From sequence record OQ507919.1: a stretch of DNA of 40,953 bases, one strand, 5' to 3'. This document shows, in pieces, positions 37,289 to 40,953 of this stretch. Position 1 is the first letter of the stretch. Each line of letters begins with the position of its first letter. The stretch is from Escherichia phage vB_Ec_Tarrare. The notes beneath the pieces are model-generated. The model did not search any database. It worked only from the letters and a program-made list of their open reading frames with translations, and was not told the DNA's origin. The position numbers were made by a program, and so were the translations under genes.

Positions 37289-39052
37289 ATGTCTTATACC
37301 CAAAGTAACCGCAATGCTCTCATTGTGGCTCAACTAAAGGGTGACTTCGTAGCGTTCCTATTCGTCTTATGGAAGGCGTTAAACCTTCCGGTTCCTACCC
37401 GTTGTCAGATTGACATGGCTAAGGTATTGGCGAATGGGGACAACAAGAAGTTTATCCTACAGGCTTTCCGTGGTATCGGTAAGTCATTCATCACTTGTGC
37501 GTTCGTTGTGTGGACGTTATGGCGTGATCCTCAGATGAAGATACTCATTGTGTCTGCCTCTAAGGAACGTGCTGACGCTAACTCCATCTTCATCAAGAAC
37601 ATCATTGATTTGCTGCCTTTCCTTGCTGAGTTGAAACCTCGCGCTGGTCAACGTGACTCTGTGATTAGTTTTGACGTAGGCCCTGCTAAGCCTGACCATT
37701 CTCCTAGTGTGAAGTCCGTAGGTATCACTGGTCAGTTGACTGGTAGCCGTGCTGACATCATCATTGCGGATGACGTTGAGATTCCGTCTAACAGTTCCAC
37801 TATGGGCGCTCGTGAGAAGCTCTGGACTCTCGTTCAGGAATTTGCTGCATTGTTGAAACCTCTGGAGACCTCTCGTGTTATCTACCTTGGTACGCCTCAG
37901 ACAGAGATGACTCTCTATAAGGAACTTGAGGACAACCGTGGTTACACTACGATTATCTGGCCCGCTCTTTATCCACGCTCTAAGGAGGAAGACTTGTACT
38001 ACAGCAACCGTCTGGCTCCTATGCTCCGTGAAGAGTACAATGAGAATCCAGAAGGTCTTGCAGGTACTCCTACTGACCCTGTACGATTCGATACTGACGA
38101 TCTTCGTGAGCGTGAGTTGGAATACGGTAAGGCTGGCTTCACTTTGCAGTTCATGCTTAACCCTAACCTTAGTGATGCCGAGAAGTACCCTCTGAGGCTC
38201 CGTGACGCGATCGTAGCGGCTCTGGACTTAGAGAAGGCCCCAATGCATTACCAATGGCTCCCGAACCGTCAGAACATTATTGAGGACTTACCTAACGTTG
38301 GTCTTAAGGGTGATGATCTACATACGTATCATGAGTGCTCCAGTAACTCTGGTCAGTACCAACAGAAGATACTTGTGGTTGACCCTAGTGGTCGCGGTAA
38401 GGACGAAACAGGTTACGCCGTGTTGTACACTCTGAACGGCTACATCTACCTAATGGAAGCTGGTGGTTTCCGTGAAGGTTACTCCGATAAGACCCTTGAG
38501 GCTCTCGCTAGGAAAGCCAAACAGTGGAAGGTTCAAACGGTTGTCTACGAGAGTAACTTCGGTGACGGTATGTTTGGTAAGGTGTTTAGTCCTATCCTTC
38601 TTAAACATCATAATTGCATCATGGAAGAGATTCGTGCTCGTGGTATGAAGGAAGTACGTATTTGTGATACCTTAGAGCCTGTCATGCAGACTCACCGCTT
38701 GGTTATCCGAGATGAGGTCATTAGGGCAGACTATCAGACTGCTCGTGATGCTGACGGTAAACATGATGTCAAATACTCGCTGTTCTACCAGATGACTCGC
38801 ATCACTCGTGAGAAAGGTGCTCTTGCTCATGATGACCGATTGGATGCCTTAGCGTTAGGCGTAGAGTTCCTACGTGAGTCCATGCAACTGGATAGCGTCA
38901 AGGTTGAAGGTGAGGTGCTTGCAGACTTCCTTGAAGATCACATGAGTCGTCCAACTATTGGCGCTCAGAGTATCATTGAGATGTCTTTAGGTGGTATCGA
39001 CTTGTACGCAGAGGATGAAGGCTGGGGTAACTCTCAGTTCATCGAATGGTGA
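37289..39052 (+). CDS. 19: terminase large subunit (DNA maturase B)
   Basis: 587 aa; ATPase and nuclease regions; collinear with T7 gp19. Confidence 0.97.
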   Translation: MSYTQSNRNALIVAQLKGDFVAFLFVLWKALNLPVPTRCQIDMAKVLANGDNKKFILQAFRGIGKSFITCAFVVWTLWRDPQMKILIVSASKERADANSIFIKNIIDLLPFLAELKPRAGQRDSVISFDVGPAKPDHSPSVKSVGITGQLTGSRADIIIADDVEIPSNSSTMGAREKLWTLVQEFAALLKPLETSRVIYLGTPQTEMTLYKELEDNRGYTTIIWPALYPRSKEEDLYYSNRLAPMLREEYNENPEGLAGTPTDPVRFDTDDLRERELEYGKAGFTLQFMLNPNLSDAEKYPLRLRDAIVAALDLEKAPMHYQWLPNRQNIIEDLPNVGLKGDDLHTYHECSSNSGQYQQKILVVDPSGRGKDETGYAVLYTLNGYIYLMEAGGFREGYSDKTLEALARKAKQWKVQTVVYESNFGDGMFGKVFSPILLKHHNCIMEEIRARGMKEVRICDTLEPVMQTHRLVIRDEVIRADYQTARDADGKHDVKYSLFYQMTRITREKGALAHDDRLDALALGVEFLRESMQLDSVKVEGEVLADFLEDHMSRPTIGAQSIIEMSLGGIDLYAEDEGWGNSQFIEW

Positions 39053-39075
39053 CTTATGCATAGATAGTGCATAAG
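39053..39075 (+). repeat. perfect inverted repeat immediately after the terminase stop
   Basis: cttatgca-tagatag-tgcataag; 8-bp arms, 7-nt loop. Confidence 0.7.
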
Positions 39076-39133
39076 GATTCACTTTAGGCCACGGAAGGCC
39101 AATACCCTAAGTTGTTGAATAGACACGATAAAT

Positions 39134-39156
39134 TAATACGACTCACTATTGGGAGA
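39134..39156 (+). promoter_or_regulatory. phage RNAP promoter (phiOR-like)
   Basis: taatacgactcactattgggaga, between genes 19 and 19.5. Confidence 0.9.
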
Positions 39157-39298
39157 GGAGGGACTAAAGGTTACATATAGTGTACTGAATGCATAAACAT
39201 AAAGTGCATAAAGTATGCATACCTAATACCCTTAGAGGATGGTTGTTATATTGATATTAATACAACCTTAACTTAAGGAACAACATAAGGAGGCCATA

Positions 39299-39448
39299 AT
39301 GTTCCGCACAGTGTTGAACCTATTGCGGCATAGAGTGACCTACCGCTTTCTTCTGGTACTTGTTGCTGCCCTTGGGTTCTCATCTCTTACTACAGACCTC
39401 AGTACACTGGAGTCTACCGTTTGTTCTGTATTCACTTGTGTCGATTAA
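39299..39448 (+). CDS. 19.5: gene 19.5 protein
   Basis: 49 aa, MFRTVLNLLRHRVTYRFLLVLVAALGFSSLTTDLSTLESTVCSVFTCVD; near-identical to T7 gp19.5 as recalled; SD aaggagg. Too short for the ORF track. Confidence 0.8.
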   Translation: MFRTVLNLLRHRVTYRFLLVLVAALGFSSLTTDLSTLESTVCSVFTCVD

Positions 39449-39519
39449 GATAATGATCGAACGCTAAGCTCACCGAGGGATTCGAAGGTATGATTACATC
39501 ACACCATCTCATCCCTATA

Positions 39520-40010
39520 GAGTCAAGTCCTAAGGTTATACCTATAGGCCCTCTAATGGTCTATCCTAAGGTCTATACCTAAGGGTAGGCCATACCTATT
39601 GGCTACCTAGAGATAAGCCTAAGGAGGCTCCTAGAGAGGCCCTAAGGAGTCCTTTAAAATATACCATAAAAATCTGAGTGACTATCTCATAGTTTAAACA
39701 TTTGGATTTACCCCCATAGGGTCACTTCAAGTCCCATAAAGACATCCCCATCCTAAGGTTTCTACTCAAAGAGAGACCATAGGAGACCTTGAGAGACCAT
39801 AAAGAGGTGGGTAGTGTGGTACTTTGAGTTATCTATAAGTGTGTCTCTATGTGTTCCTATCTGTTATCACTCCTAAGGTATCCTCTTAAGGTCATATCCT
39901 AAGGTCATCTCTTAAGGTATCAACATAAGGAGGAGGAGACTACACTTAAAGTATATACATAAAGACCACATAAAGACCATACATAAAGTGTATACATAAA
40001 GATGCCTTGT
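39520..40010 (+). repeat. genome-end non-coding region with arrays of short direct repeats (cctaaggt / ccataaag / cataaagac units)
   Basis: No ORF of 60 aa or more; reiterated heptamer-like units such as tcctaaggt (at least 6 copies) and cataaaga (4 copies at 39950-40000), corresponding to the CCTAAAG / CATAAAGAC arrays inside and next to the T7 terminal repeat. Confidence 0.6.
39685..39877 (+). repeat. approximate single-copy terminal repeat / concatemer junction (physical genome ends)
   Basis: tctcatagt ... acccccataggg ... gtgtctctatgtgttcctatctgttatcactcctaagg parallels the T7 terminal repeat (TCTCACAGTGT...CCCCCATAGGGGG...GTCTCTCTGTGTCCCTATCTGTTACAGTCTCCTAAAG) as recalled. Boundaries are inferred. 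Confidence 0.3.
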
Positions 40011-40048
40011 AGTTAGCTATAGAGAGTTATCTCTAATCATGGTCTTAT

Positions 40049-40071
40049 TAATACAACTCACTATTGGGAGA
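40049..40071 (+). promoter_or_regulatory. phage RNAP promoter (phiOL-like)
   Basis: taatacaactcactattgggaga (A for G at -11), in the same relative place as T7 phiOL. Confidence 0.75.
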
Positions 40072-40104
40072 TACTCTATAGACTACTTAAAGAGGAGGGT
40101 TATC

Positions 40105-40548
40105 ATGTATCAAGGATTAACTATATCAAATGGTGTCTTAATAAGGGAGTCAACAGGTAAACCTTGTAAGACATTCTCTAACGGTAAATACCTAAGGATA
40201 AACCATAAAGGCCGGATGTATTACCTACACCGTGTCTTGTGGGAACTTACACACGGCTCAATACCTAAGGGTTACACTATAGACCATATAGACGGTAATC
40301 CTACAAATAACAATATTGACAACCTAAGGTTAGCCTCTTATAGTGAGAACAACATGAATCGGGTATCTACGGTAGACAATGGCCTACCTCAAGGTATCTA
40401 CTGGTGTAACTCTAAGAGTCGCTATGTGGCTCAGGTGGTAGCTCAAGGCGTTAAGAGAACAAAGACCTCAAAGAGCCTTGATGTAGTCACTGAGTGGGTT
40501 AAAGAGACACGAAAAGAGATTCATAAAGAATTTGCCATTAAGTGTTGA
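40105..40548 (+). CDS. HNH-AP2 homing endonuclease-like protein in the left-end leader
   Basis: 147 aa from the ATG at 40105 (SD aggagg); YTIDHIDGNPTNNNIDNLRLASYSENNMN is the HNH motif, with an AP2-like C-terminal half; paralogous in type to gene 3.8. T7 has no gene between phiOL and the A promoters as far as I recall. Confidence 0.8.
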   Translation: MYQGLTISNGVLIRESTGKPCKTFSNGKYLRINHKGRMYYLHRVLWELTHGSIPKGYTIDHIDGNPTNNNIDNLRLASYSENNMNRVSTVDNGLPQGIYWCNSKSRYVAQVVAQGVKRTKTSKSLDVVTEWVKETRKEIHKEFAIKC

Positions 40549-40573
40549 CAAGACGATTAAGTTAATACATAAT
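40545..40573 (+). promoter_or_regulatory. candidate host sigma70 early promoter
   Basis: TTGACA (40545-40550), 17 nt spacer, CATAAT (40568-40573). Confidence 0.4.
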
Positions 40574-40686
40574 GACAACCGTCAACGAGACGAGAGGTCT
40601 CCGAGAGTGACAAGACTACGAGTTATCACTTCGCCCTCATAAAGTCTCCAAGTAGCCACCTAGAAGGCATACGAAAATAACTAGGG

Positions 40687-40716
40687 TTGACAAGGTAACA
40701 CGAAGTAAGATAGAAT
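40687..40716 (+). promoter_or_regulatory. candidate host sigma70 early promoter (A-type)
   Basis: TTGACA (40687-40692), 18 nt spacer, TAGAAT (40711-40716); resembles the T7 A2/A3 promoters (TTGACA...GTAAGATA). Confidence 0.5.
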
Positions 40717-40837
40717 ACACCACAACAGCGAACGGGACGCTATACTCTCGGGTTCAGGACGGAGAGCCTTGTGTGGCTTGATGAAGTGGACATAGCGAAG
40801 GCACTAAACACCCAACGCTAAACACTTTGAATGATAA

Positions 40838-40873
40838 ACTCAAGGTCATCCTGATGGGTGGCCTTTATGATTA
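40838..40873 (+). promoter_or_regulatory. RNase III-type hairpin upstream of gene 0.3 (R0.3-like)
   Basis: actcaaggtcatcctgatgggtggcctttatgatta; 35 nt identical to the site at 107-141. Confidence 0.5.
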
Positions 40874-40902
40874 CCACTCATTAACTGATGAGGATATACA
40901 CT

Positions 40903-40953
40903 ATGGAACGCAACGCTAACGCTTACTACGAACTTCTGGATTCTGCGGTATAC
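40903..40953 (+). CDS. 0.3: gene 0.3-like protein, 5' fragment (continues beyond the window end)
   Basis: ATG at 40903 with SD gagga 9 nt upstream, open to the window edge (MERNANAYYELLDSAVY); first ORF after the early promoters and R0.3 hairpin, as for T7 0.3. Confidence 0.5.
   Translation, partial: MERNANAYYELLDSAVY

Noticed and set aside
39520-40010. Possible CRISPR array suggested by the many short direct repeats
   Set aside because: The units are 7-9 bp, irregularly spaced and degenerate, with no 25-40 bp repeat-spacer periodicity and no cas genes; they match the terminal repeat arrays of T7-like genome ends.

Overview
Near-complete genome of a T7-like virulent podophage (Autographiviridae, T7-type gene order), with every gene on the + strand. 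The window is circularly permuted: it opens in the 3' end of an Ocr-like gene 0.3 and closes in the 5' end of the same gene, with roughly 70 codons missing between the two edges. Gene order is 0.7 kinase, RNA polymerase, early and DNA-metabolism genes (ligase, 1.7, gp2, SSB, endonuclease I, lysozyme, primase-helicase, DNA polymerase, exonuclease), then late genes (portal, scaffold, capsid, tail tube 11/12, core 14/15/16, tail fibre 17, holin, terminase small subunit, Rz/Rz1, terminase large subunit, 19.5), then the genome-end repeat region and terminal-repeat junction at about 39.5-40.0 kb, then the left-end promoters. I identified 16 phage-RNAP promoters, the TE and Tphi terminators and eight RNase III-type hairpins. 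Protein identifications rest on reading the ORF translations against T7 proteins recalled from memory; no search was run. The best candidate for something undescribed is a two-gene insertion (279 and 370 aa) between Rz/Rz1 and the large terminase, for which I recognise no family. Other non-T7 cargo is an Endo VII-type nuclease wedged between genes 13 and 14, an HNH-AP2 endonuclease in the left-end leader behind phiOL, and an expanded central block in the tail fibre. No tRNA, CRISPR array, integrase or lysogeny function was seen.
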